A stretch of 41,944 bases of DNA, from the NCBI GenBank assembly GCA_964372275.1, contig CAYJRR010000021.1, positions 1 to 41,944 of the forward strand, written 5' to 3'. Positions 1 to 8,637 of this stretch are shown one piece after another. The stretch's first letter is position 1. Every line of letters starts with the position of its first letter. Position numbers and translations under genes: made by a program. This DNA comes from an uncultured bacterium. GTDB taxonomy: Bacteria; CAYJRR01. Under the pieces are notes generated by a model, which did no database searches, was not told the DNA's origin, and worked only from the letters and a program-made list of their open reading frames with translations.

Positions 1-2
1 AC

Positions 3-215
3 CGCGGCCGCACCGGCATCTACGAGCTGCTGGTAGTCGACGCCGACATCAAGTCCCTCATCGTCCAGCGGAGCGAGTCGGGCGTCATCGCGCGCAAGGC
101 GGTCGCCCGGGGGATGCACACCCTCCGCGACGACGGCGCGGAAAAGGTGCTGGCCGGCCTCACCACCATCGCCGAGGTCCTCCGGTCGACGCAGCTGGCG
201 ATGGTCGGGGCGTGA
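3..215 (+). CDS. gspE: Type II secretion ATPase GspE, C-terminal fragment (truncated by window edge)
   Basis: Frame 3 reads RGRTGIYELLVVD...GMHTLRDDGAEKVLAGLTTIAEVLR, the typical GspE/PilB C-terminus. Stop TGA at 213-215, directly before gspF. Confidence 0.92.
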   Translation, partial: RGRTGIYELLVVDADIKSLIVQRSESGVIARKAVARGMHTLRDDGAEKVLAGLTTIAEVLRSTQLAMVGA

Positions 216-218
216 CGC

Positions 219-1514
219 ATGGCGGTCTTCGAATACAAGGCGTTCAGCCCCGGCGGAAGGCTCGAGACCGGCATCATCGACGCCGACTCGGCCAAGTCGG
301 CGCGCGCCAAGCTACGCAAGCAGGGGGTCTTTCCGACCGAGCTGGTGGAGGAGCGGGGAGGTCGCGACGACCGACCCGGGAGCGCGCGATCCTCGGCGGC
401 CGCGCGCGCGGCGGGGGGGGAGGCCGCCCCGCGGAAGATCCGCGAGGTCGACCTTCGCAAGCTGTTCGCCCGGCGCCGGGTCTCGACCCAGGACCTGGCG
501 GTGATGACCCGGCAGCTGGCGACGCTCCTGGCGGCGGGGATCTCGATGATCGAGGCGCTCGCCGCGCAGTCGGAGCAGGTCGAGAACGAACGACTGAAGG
601 TCGCGCTCTCCGCGATCAAGGAGAAGGTCAACGAGGGCTCGGGCCTCGCCCAGGCGATGCGGGCCTACCCCGCGATCTTCGGCGATCTCTACTGCAACAT
701 GATCGCCGCCGGCGAGGCGTCGGGTTCGCTCGACATCGTGCTCAAGCGCCTGTCCGACTTCCTCGAAGCGCAGGTGCAACTGAACAACCGCCTCCTGTCG
801 GCGATGGTCTACCCGGTGATCATGACCTTCGTGGGACTGGGGGTGGTCGGCTTCCTGATGGGGTTCGTCGTCCCCAAGATCACCTCGATCTTCGCCGACA
901 TGAAGATGGCGCTGCCGCTGGTCACCCGGGTGCTGATCGGGATCTCGCGCTTCATCGCCGACTGGTGGTGGTTGCTCGGGATCTTCGCCTGCTTCGCGGC
1001 CTTCGCCGTCGGCCGTTGGAAACGGACCGAGTCGGGGCGATCGACCTGGGACCGGTGGAGCCTTCGGCTGCCGGTCTTCGGCAAGCTGCTCCAGTTGGTG
1101 GCGGTCGCGCGTTTCTCGCGCACGCTCGCGACGCTGCTCTCTTCCGGCGTGTCGCTCCTCCAGTCGCTAGTGATCGTCAAGGCGATCGTCTCCAACGTCC
1201 ACATCCAGGCGGCGATCGAGGAGACGCGGATCTCGGTGCAGGAAGGGGAGAGCATCGCCGAGCCGCTCCGGCGCTCGAAGCAGTTCCCGGCGGTGATGGT
1301 CCACATGGTGGCGGTCGGCGAGCGCTCCGGCGAGCTGGAGGGGATGCTGGAGAAGGTCGCCGACGCCTACGAGAACGAGGCGAAGACCCGGATCGACATG
1401 ATGACCTCGTTCCTGGAGCCCGTGATGATCCTGGTCATGGGGCTCGTCGTCGGGTTCATCGCCGTCTCGATCATCCTTCCGATGCTTCAGATGAACAACT
1501 TCGCCAGGGGTTAA
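219..1514 (+). CDS. gspF: Type II secretion inner-membrane platform protein GspF
   Basis: MAVFEYKA start, TRQLATLLAAG, AGEASGSL and GERSGEL repeats, three TM segments; lies between gspE and gspG. Confidence 0.95.
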   Translation: MAVFEYKAFSPGGRLETGIIDADSAKSARAKLRKQGVFPTELVEERGGRDDRPGSARSSAAARAAGGEAAPRKIREVDLRKLFARRRVSTQDLAVMTRQLATLLAAGISMIEALAAQSEQVENERLKVALSAIKEKVNEGSGLAQAMRAYPAIFGDLYCNMIAAGEASGSLDIVLKRLSDFLEAQVQLNNRLLSAMVYPVIMTFVGLGVVGFLMGFVVPKITSIFADMKMALPLVTRVLIGISRFIADWWWLLGIFACFAAFAVGRWKRTESGRSTWDRWSLRLPVFGKLLQLVAVARFSRTLATLLSSGVSLLQSLVIVKAIVSNVHIQAAIEETRISVQEGESIAEPLRRSKQFPAVMVHMVAVGERSGELEGMLEKVADAYENEAKTRIDMMTSFLEPVMILVMGLVVGFIAVSIILPMLQMNNFARG

Positions 1515-1523
1515 GGAGAACGC

Positions 1524-2003
1524 ATGAAACCGCTGTCCATCCTCGTCGAACGGCGCCTTCGCAGCGAGAAGGGGCTCACGCTGATCGAGCTGATGATCGT
1601 GCTCGCGATCCTCGGGATGCTGATCACCATCGTCGGCGTCAACGTGATCGGCAACCTGAAGGAGGCGCGCAACCAGACGGCGCAGACCCAGATCAAGTCG
1701 TTCGAGACGGCGCTCAAGCTCTACAACCGCGATTGCGGGCGCTACCCGAGCACGGCGGCGGGGCTCGGCGACCTGGTGCAGAAGCCGGCGAGCTGCTCGC
1801 GCTGGAAGAAGTACCTCGACCGGGAGACGGTGCCCGCCGATCCGTGGGGGAACGCGTACGAGTACTACCATCCCGGCGTGCACGGGCAGGAGATGGAGAT
1901 CATCTCCAAGGGGGCGGACGGGGAGCTCAACACCGCCGACGACATCGTCTCCTGGAGCACCGAGGCCGGGGGACTGGCCGGCGAGCGGAAGGAGGGGGGA
2001 TGA
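1524..2003 (+). CDS. gspG: Major pseudopilin GspG
   Basis: Prepilin cleavage motif G|LTLIELMIV, DPWGNAYEY and S-x-GADG...DDI C-terminus; SD AAGGAG upstream. Confidence 0.95.
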   Translation: MKPLSILVERRLRSEKGLTLIELMIVLAILGMLITIVGVNVIGNLKEARNQTAQTQIKSFETALKLYNRDCGRYPSTAAGLGDLVQKPASCSRWKKYLDRETVPADPWGNAYEYYHPGVHGQEMEIISKGADGELNTADDIVSWSTEAGGLAGERKEGG

Positions 2004-2410
2004 GGCGCGGCGTCCGGGGGGCGTTACTCGCCGCGTTCACCGCGGTCGCGATCGCCGTCGAAGGCGCGTCGGCGACCGGAGCCGATTGCCTCTCGGGCGG
2101 CGGGCGGGCCGCGTGTGACGCCGTCATCCTGGCGGAACCGGCGGCGGCGTCGCTGGAACGGCTGTCGGCGATCGCCGAGGCGTTGGCGCGCCACCGGTCG
2201 GCGACCGGGACCCTTCCGTCGAGCGTATTCGGACTGTCGGCGATCGCCATCGATCCGGCGCTGCTCGTCGACGCGTGGGGAAATCCGATCCGTTACGTTC
2301 GCGTCGCCGGCCCGGAGCCGGGGCTGGCGGGGGCATGGTTGATGTCCTGGGGGGCCGACGGCGCTCCGGGGGGCGAAGGGGATGAGGCCGATCTCGTACG
2401 TCTCCTCTGA
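2000..2410 (+). CDS. GspG-like C-terminal domain protein without a prepilin N-methylation motif
   Basis: ATG at 2000 overlaps the gspG stop (ATGA). The 136-aa product has a Sec-like leader (MRRGVRGALLAAFTAVAIAV) and DAWGNPIRY...SWGADGAPGGEGDEADL. Confidence 0.75.
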   Translation: MRRGVRGALLAAFTAVAIAVEGASATGADCLSGGGRAACDAVILAEPAAASLERLSAIAEALARHRSATGTLPSSVFGLSAIAIDPALLVDAWGNPIRYVRVAGPEPGLAGAWLMSWGADGAPGGEGDEADLVRLL

Positions 2411-3074
2411 TCGGGGCCTGACCCTGATCGAGATCAGCGTCGCGATCCTCCTGGTCGCGGTGCTGATCGCCGTCGCCGTTCCGGCGTTCCGCGCGGCGAC
2501 CGACGCCGACCTGCACGCGGCGGCGATCCGGATCGCCGCCGGGAACCGCGCCTGCTTCGGCGAGGCCTCGGTCAAGAACGTGACGCTCCGCATGGCCTAC
2601 GACCTCGGCGCCGGCACCTATTGGGTGGAAGGGGTCCCCGGCACCTTCCAGGTGATCCAGAAGGAGCGCGATCGGGAGGAGGTGCTGGAGGAGGAGAAGA
2701 AGAAGGAGGAAGAGGAGCAGCGGAAGAGGGAGCTCGCGGAGCGGTACGGCACCGGGGAGATGGAGGAGTCGATCGGCTCTCCCCAACCGAAGTTCGTCCC
2801 GGTGCAGATGGCCTTCCTCGAGCCGCAGCGTCTGCCGAGCGGGGTGAAGTTCGCCGGCGTACGCACGCCGCAGTTCCGGAAAGTGGTCAAGGAGGGGACG
2901 GTCTACACGCACTTCTTCCCGAACGGCTGGGCCGAGCGGACGCTGGTCTATCTCGAAGACAGCGGAGGCTCGAAGGTGACGCTGGAGATGGAGCCGCTCA
3001 CCGGACGGCTCGTGCTCCACGAAGGGGAGCTCGACTACCGCGAAATCGACCAGGAAAGGGAGCGCGGCGGATGA
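2382..3074 (+). CDS. gspH: Minor pseudopilin GspH-like
   Basis: G|LTLIEISVAILLV prepilin motif, FFPNGWAE and LEMEPLTGR C-terminal motifs; operon position. Confidence 0.8.
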   Translation: MRPISYVSSDRGLTLIEISVAILLVAVLIAVAVPAFRAATDADLHAAAIRIAAGNRACFGEASVKNVTLRMAYDLGAGTYWVEGVPGTFQVIQKERDREEVLEEEKKKEEEEQRKRELAERYGTGEMEESIGSPQPKFVPVQMAFLEPQRLPSGVKFAGVRTPQFRKVVKEGTVYTHFFPNGWAERTLVYLEDSGGSKVTLEMEPLTGRLVLHEGELDYREIDQERERGG

Positions 3075-3637
3075 GACCACCGCGAGCCACTTCGCGGCGT
3101 CCGGTGTCCCGGTCCTCCCGGGCCTCGGGCTTCTCGCTTCTCGAGGTGCTGATCGCGATGGCGGTCCTCGCCATCTCGCTGCTGATGATCCTGCGCACGC
3201 TCGACAACGGGATCCTCGTCTCGCGCTACCAGGAGACCGAGGTGATCGCCGCGACGCTCGCCCGCCACAAGATGGCGGAGCTGGAGCTCCAGTTCGAAAA
3301 GGACGGTTTCGGCGACTCGGAGAAGGAGACCTGCGGACACTTTGCCGAGGAGCTGGAGATCGACGTCGACGACTTCGACGGGTACGACTACTGCTGGACG
3401 TTGAAGAAGGTGGAGCTCCCGCTCCCGATGGAGATGCTGGGGGGAGGCGACGGCGGGGGCGAGGGGGGCGGGTTGCCGCTGCCGGGGGGGCTCGATCCGA
3501 AGGCCGCCGCCGACCAGCTTTCGCGGGCGGTCCGGGTTCTCCGGCTCACCATCCAGTGGAAGCAGGACCAGGTCCCGCAGAAGTTCGACGTCGTCACCCA
3601 CTTCGTGAACCTGTCGCAGGCGAGTGTGATCCCGTGA
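3071..3637 (+). CDS. gspI: Minor pseudopilin GspI-like
   Basis: ATG 3071 overlaps the gspH stop; G|FSLLEVLIAMAVLAI motif; operon position. Confidence 0.8.
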   Translation: MRPPRATSRRPVSRSSRASGFSLLEVLIAMAVLAISLLMILRTLDNGILVSRYQETEVIAATLARHKMAELELQFEKDGFGDSEKETCGHFAEELEIDVDDFDGYDYCWTLKKVELPLPMEMLGGGDGGGEGGGLPLPGGLDPKAAADQLSRAVRVLRLTIQWKQDQVPQKFDVVTHFVNLSQASVIP

Positions 3638-4290
3638 GGACCGACGGTTTCACGCTGTTGGAGGTGCTGGTCGCGGTCGCGATCCTGGCGCTGATCTCCG
3701 CCATGTTGTGGTACTCGTTCTCCCAGACGTTTGAGTCGATCGACCTGGTGCGCGCCGACGCCGATCTGCTGCGTCAATCGCGCCAGGTGACGAGCCGGAT
3801 CCCGCGGGAGTTGCAGTCGGCGTTCCTCCCCTTGAGCCTGTCTCCGACGGCGGGAGCGAAGTACGAGTTCGTCGGCGAGGACGAAGGGGACCTGGACAAG
3901 ATCCGGTTCGACAGCCTTTCGCACACCAAGCTCTACCAGGACGCCAACGAAAGCGACCAGTCGGAGCTCGCCTACTTCGTCGAGGACGACCCGAAGAACG
4001 CCGGTCTCTACCGTCTCATGCGCCGGGAAGATCCGGTGATCGACGACCGGCCGGAGGAGGGGGGGACGGCGCTGGTGATCGCCGAGCGGGTGAAGGTCTT
4101 CGACCTTACCTACTACGACGCCAACCGGGACGAATGGCTCGACGAGTGGGACAGCACCCGGTCCGACCAGAGCGGCCGGCTCCCCTACTCGGTGCGGATG
4201 CGGCTGACGATGGTCGCCGACGACGGCAAGGAGCGGACCTGGATCACCGCGGCCCTCGTTCGACTCGCCAAGACCCAGGAGGCGCGATGA
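3634..4290 (+). CDS. gspJ: Minor pseudopilin GspJ
   Basis: GTG 3634 overlaps the gspI stop (GTGA); G|FTLLEVLVAVAILA motif; W..EWDS...LP..VR C-terminus. Confidence 0.85.
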   Translation: MRTDGFTLLEVLVAVAILALISAMLWYSFSQTFESIDLVRADADLLRQSRQVTSRIPRELQSAFLPLSLSPTAGAKYEFVGEDEGDLDKIRFDSLSHTKLYQDANESDQSELAYFVEDDPKNAGLYRLMRREDPVIDDRPEEGGTALVIAERVKVFDLTYYDANRDEWLDEWDSTRSDQSGRLPYSVRMRLTMVADDGKERTWITAALVRLAKTQEAR

Positions 4291-5465
4291 AAAGGCTGCG
4301 ACGGAAGAGCGATCGCGGCATCGCGCTGATCGTCGTGCTGCTGGCGATCACCCTCATGGCCGCGGTGGTGGCGCAGTTCTCCTACGACGCGCACGTCGAC
4401 TACTCTCTCGCCGCCAACGAGTCGGACGAGGTTCGCGCCTACTACCTCGCACGGTCGGGGATCAACCTCTACAAGCTGATCCTCACCGCCGACCAGAAGA
4501 TCCAGGGGAACCAGGCGATCAAGGACTTCCTGGTGGCGCAGGGGTTCGGCGGGTTCGAGCTGTGGCGGATGATCCCGGCGATCGACAGCGCGATGTTGCG
4601 CTCGGTCGCATCGCCGGAGATCCCCGAGGAGGCGCGGGACGAGCTCAAGGAGCGGTTCGGCGGCATCGCCTTCGATACCCTGGGGAAGACCGACGGTTTC
4701 CTCGATTTCCAGGGGGACCTCCACGCGGAGATCGAAGACGAGGACGGCAAGATCAACGTCAACGCCATCGCCGAGGATCGGATCTCGAGCCCGCTCGACT
4801 CGGCCGTCGCGCGCGCCCTGTTCGCGACGATGCTCGACCCGAAGCTCGACCGGCTGTTCGAGGGGGAGAACGCCTACGCCGAGCGGAAGCTCGGGCGGGA
4901 AGAGGTGATCGCCAACCTGATCGATTGGATCGACGCCAACCAGCAGGGGATCGTCTCCGGGGCGGCCGAGGACTACCTCTACGCCAACTACGAGGAGCGC
5001 TACACCGCGAAGAACGCGAAGTTCGAGACGCTCGCGGAGCTGGCGATGGTCCGCGGGATCGACGACGACCTGCTCGCCGAGATCGGGAACAAGCTCACGG
5101 TCTACAGCTCCGGGAAGATCAACGTGAACACGGCGCCGCCGGAGGTGCTGGCGGCGCTGATCCTGGCCTACGCCCAACAGGCGATCCAGCCCGACGTTGC
5201 GCTGGAGATCGCCTTGAAGATCGACGCCATGCGTCAGCTGACCCCCTTTTCGAAGCCGGAGGACTTCGTGGCCTTCATGCGCGACATGGCCGGAGTGACG
5301 TTGAACGACACCGGACCCGGTGCCGTGCGCAACCGCATCGGGGTCAACAGCAAGGTCTTCACCATCCGTGCCACCGGATTCGCCGGCGAGGCGCGGGTCA
5401 CCATCACCGCGGTCGCGGACAACACCGGAACGAGCCTTCGCTGGCTCTACTGGCGGGTGGACTAA
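4287..5465 (+). CDS. gspK: Minor pseudopilin GspK
   Basis: ATGA overlap; RGIALIVVL, A.YLARSG, DEDGKINVN, LIDWID and KINVNTAPPEVL motifs. Confidence 0.92.
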   Translation: MKRLRRKSDRGIALIVVLLAITLMAAVVAQFSYDAHVDYSLAANESDEVRAYYLARSGINLYKLILTADQKIQGNQAIKDFLVAQGFGGFELWRMIPAIDSAMLRSVASPEIPEEARDELKERFGGIAFDTLGKTDGFLDFQGDLHAEIEDEDGKINVNAIAEDRISSPLDSAVARALFATMLDPKLDRLFEGENAYAERKLGREEVIANLIDWIDANQQGIVSGAAEDYLYANYEERYTAKNAKFETLAELAMVRGIDDDLLAEIGNKLTVYSSGKINVNTAPPEVLAALILAYAQQAIQPDVALEIALKIDAMRQLTPFSKPEDFVAFMRDMAGVTLNDTGPGAVRNRIGVNSKVFTIRATGFAGEARVTITAVADNTGTSLRWLYWRVD

Positions 5466-5470
5466 AAGCC

Positions 5471-7024
5471 ATGCCACAGGTCATCGGTCTGGACGTCGGG
5501 GCGAGGTCGATCAAGGCGGCGCTGTTCGAGCGCGGCTTTCGCGGGCTCGAATTTCGGGGGATGAGGCGGGTCGAGTTCGACCCGGCCGATCCCGAGGGGC
5601 TCGCCGTGGCGATGCAGCGGCTGGCGTCCGGGATCGAAGGTCTCGGAAGCGCGTCGATCGCCGCCCGCGTTCCCGGCGATCGGCTGTTGCTTCGTTTCGT
5701 CGATCTCCCCCTGACCGACGGCCGGAAGCTGGAGCAGGTGATCCCGTTCGAGCTGGAACAGCTCGTCCCGTGCGAGCTGGAGGAGATCGTCCTCGATCAC
5801 GCCGTGGTGCGGAAGACGGACGGCGGCTCGCGCGTCTTCATCGCCGCGGCGCGGCGGGGGGAGCTGAAGACCCTTCTCGACGGACTGACGGCGAAGGGGC
5901 TCGATCCGCGCTACCTGGGCCCGGGGGCGGCCGCGCTGGCGACCCTGGCGACCGCCGTGCCGGAGCTCGCCAAGGGGCGGGTGGCGCTGGTCGACGCCGG
6001 CTTCGCCCGCACCGACGTCTGCCTCCTGGACGAGGGCCGGCTCGCCTACGCGCGAACGGTCTCCGGCGGCTGGGCCGACTTCGCCGACGCCTACGTCGCG
6101 AGCGGCGGATCGGCGACGGAGCTCGCCGAACTGGAGATCGGAAGTGTCGCCGGTCCTCGCGGACTGGCCTCGAACAAGGCCGCGGAGTTCGTGGCGCGGG
6201 AGGTCGCGCGGACGCTCTGCGCGGCGGAGATCGAGGCACGGGTCCAGGCGGACCGAATCGTGCTTTTCGGCGGAATGGCGTCGACGCGCGGCTTCCGGGA
6301 GCTGCTCCAACGCACCGCCGACCTTCCGGTCGAACCGTTGAACCTCTCCGAGAACGACTGGTCGCGCGGATTGCTCGGCGGGGCGGAGGCGCTGGAGTCG
6401 GGGGCCGCCGTGGCGCTCGCCTTCCGCGCCGTCTCCGACCTCCCGGGGCCGATGGTCAACTTCCGCCGGGACGAGTTCGTCTTCCGGCGCGACGGCCGGG
6501 AGCTGTCGGGCGTCGTTGCCCGCTTCGTCGGCTGGGCGACGATCCTCTTCGTCTTCGCCGCGCTCCACTACGCCGTGAAGGAGAGGCTGTTGGCGTCCGA
6601 GAAGGCGGGTCTCGAAGCCCAGATCGCCGCCGAGGTCTCCGCGGCGTTCCCCGACGCGCCCAAGGACCGGCTGCGCACGCCGGAGACGGCGCTCTCGATC
6701 ATGCGCGGGAAGATGGACGAGTCCCGCGAGCGGCTGACCCTGCTGGGCGGCGGCGGCTCGACGGCGCTGGAGGTCCTCCGCCTGGTTTCGGCGGCCGTCC
6801 CAGAGGGCCTGAACCTCGACGTGAAGGAGTTTTCGTTCGCCGATGGGAAGGTCAAGATCGTCTGCGTCGTCGACAACTACGACGCCGGCGACAAGCTCAC
6901 CGAGGCGATCCGGCGCGACACCTCGCTCGAAAACGTCACCTCGCGCGATTCCGGGTCCGAGGCCGGAGGCCGTCGCAAGTTGACGATCGCTTTCGATCTC
7001 AAACCGGGCGAAGGAGGAGGGTAG
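5471..7024 (+). CDS. gspL: GspL (PilM-like actin-fold cytoplasmic domain, TM segment, periplasmic domain)
   Basis: IGLDVGARSIKAA and LVDAGFARTDV actin-like motifs, NFRR followed by a TM helix; position after gspK. Confidence 0.85.
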   Translation: MPQVIGLDVGARSIKAALFERGFRGLEFRGMRRVEFDPADPEGLAVAMQRLASGIEGLGSASIAARVPGDRLLLRFVDLPLTDGRKLEQVIPFELEQLVPCELEEIVLDHAVVRKTDGGSRVFIAAARRGELKTLLDGLTAKGLDPRYLGPGAAALATLATAVPELAKGRVALVDAGFARTDVCLLDEGRLAYARTVSGGWADFADAYVASGGSATELAELEIGSVAGPRGLASNKAAEFVAREVARTLCAAEIEARVQADRIVLFGGMASTRGFRELLQRTADLPVEPLNLSENDWSRGLLGGAEALESGAAVALAFRAVSDLPGPMVNFRRDEFVFRRDGRELSGVVARFVGWATILFVFAALHYAVKERLLASEKAGLEAQIAAEVSAAFPDAPKDRLRTPETALSIMRGKMDESRERLTLLGGGGSTALEVLRLVSAAVPEGLNLDVKEFSFADGKVKIVCVVDNYDAGDKLTEAIRRDTSLENVTSRDSGSEAGGRRKLTIAFDLKPGEGGG

Positions 7025-7028
7025 CTCG

Positions 7029-7700
7029 ATGGCGATCCCGAAACGACTGCGCGACGCCCTGACCCGACTCCGCGCCGCGGGTGGACGCGCCATCGGCCCC
7101 CTGCGCGCGCGCGTGGAGGCGAAGCTGGGCCCGGTCGTCGCCCGTGTCTCGAGGGCGCGGGAGCGCGGGGCCGACCTCTGGGGCCGGCTGCCGGAGCGCG
7201 ACCAGCGGATCGTCGTCTCACTGGGGGGCGCTCTCCTCGCCGCGGTCGTGCTCGGCGGCGCGTTCCTGGGGAGCAGTCACCAGCGGAAGCTCGAGAACGC
7301 CATCGGGAGCCGGACCAAGCAGCTGGAGGAGGTTCGCACGATGCGGACGGAGTATCGCGCGATGAAGGACCGGTTGGAGTCGATCGACCAGCGACTCAAG
7401 GCGTCGTCCGGCCCGCCACGCAGCTTTCTCGAGGAGAAGGCGCGGGAGTCGAGGGTCGACGGCGGCATCACCTCCATGGAGGAGAAGGCGGCGCCGCCAA
7501 ACGAGATGTTCAAGACGATCGCCATCGACGTGCGGTTGAAGAAGGTGACGCTGGCGAACGTGGCGCGGTACCTCCACCGGATCGAGACGACCGGAGTCGG
7601 GATGAGCGTCCGCACGCTCGACTTGAGCCCGAACTTCCAGGACGGCCGTTATCTCGACGCCAAGATCCAGGTCCTGGCGCTCCGACCGAAGGAGGAGTGA
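7029..7700 (+). CDS. gspM: Type II secretion protein GspM-like
   Basis: W..L.ERD.R followed by one TM helix, a coiled coil and a C-terminal domain with VRLKKVTLANVARYL; operon position. Confidence 0.75.
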   Translation: MAIPKRLRDALTRLRAAGGRAIGPLRARVEAKLGPVVARVSRARERGADLWGRLPERDQRIVVSLGGALLAAVVLGGAFLGSSHQRKLENAIGSRTKQLEEVRTMRTEYRAMKDRLESIDQRLKASSGPPRSFLEEKARESRVDGGITSMEEKAAPPNEMFKTIAIDVRLKKVTLANVARYLHRIETTGVGMSVRTLDLSPNFQDGRYLDAKIQVLALRPKEE

Positions 7701-7703
7701 CCG

Positions 7704-8624
7704 ATGGATCCGGTCGTACGGAGGCGTTGGACGGTGCGCGCGGGATACGGGTTGCTCGCGACCGTCTCCTTCGTCTACTTCCTGTTCCTCGGCTTCCCGT
7801 TCGAACGGGTCGTCAAACGCCAGCTGGCCGCCGCGGAGAAGGGATCGGGGTTCCGCGTCGAGACGGGATCGATCCGCGCCGGGTGGGACTTCAGCCTGGT
7901 CGCGACCGACGTGCGGATCTTCCCGGCGGCGCGGCGCCGGGGGGGCGAGAGCGACACTCCGGAGGAGCCGGCGCTCCGCATCGAGCGCATTGCGCTCCGT
8001 CCGAGCGTCTGGCAGCTGCTTACCCTCAAGCCGGGCGCGCGCGTCCATGCCCGGGTCTACGGTGGCCGGGTCGAAGGGACGGTGGCGCAGAGCGGCGGAC
8101 GATCGCTCGTCTCGCTCGACGTGAAGGAGGTCGAGCTCGCGAAGTACGCCCCCCTCTCGGAACGGTTCCAGCTCCACGCCTCGGGACGCATCGGCGGAAC
8201 CGTGGAACTCGACCTCGACGCCGCCGACGCCACCAAATCGACCGGGAAGATCGACCTCGCCGTGCAGGGGGCCCGGATCGACGAGTCGAACCCCTACAAC
8301 CTGCAGAAGATCCCGAAGACCGAGTTCGAGCGCGGCGGCACCGCGGTGGTGGAGATCGGAAACGGGAAGGCGACGCTGAAGGACGTCGGGTTCCACGGCG
8401 AGGAGCTCGACCTCTCCCTCGAAGGGGAGATCCTGCTGCGGAAGTCGTTCGCCAGCAGCCAATGGGCGGCCAAGGCGTCGATCCGCGCCTCCGACGCCTG
8501 GAAGGCGCAGGTGGCTCTGCTCGACACCTTTCTCGGTCCGGGGAAGGGGGGCGACGGCACCTATCGCTACAAGCTGGCCGGCCCGGTGAGCCGCCCGCGA
8601 CCGGTGCCCGACCGCAGCCGGTAG
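7704..8624 (+). CDS. gspN: Type II secretion protein GspN (deltaproteobacterial type)
   Basis: N-terminal TM segment ending FLFLGFP, beta-rich body, C-terminal L.G....P; last gene of the gsp operon. Confidence 0.8.
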   Translation: MDPVVRRRWTVRAGYGLLATVSFVYFLFLGFPFERVVKRQLAAAEKGSGFRVETGSIRAGWDFSLVATDVRIFPAARRRGGESDTPEEPALRIERIALRPSVWQLLTLKPGARVHARVYGGRVEGTVAQSGGRSLVSLDVKEVELAKYAPLSERFQLHASGRIGGTVELDLDAADATKSTGKIDLAVQGARIDESNPYNLQKIPKTEFERGGTAVVEIGNGKATLKDVGFHGEELDLSLEGEILLRKSFASSQWAAKASIRASDAWKAQVALLDTFLGPGKGGDGTYRYKLAGPVSRPRPVPDRSR

Positions 8625-8637
8625 TAGAATTTCGGAC
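8625..8637 (+). promoter_or_regulatory. Putative -10 element for a leaderless transcript of the kinase
   Basis: TAGAAT (8625-8630) lies exactly 7 nt before GTG 8638; no SD. Confidence 0.5.
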
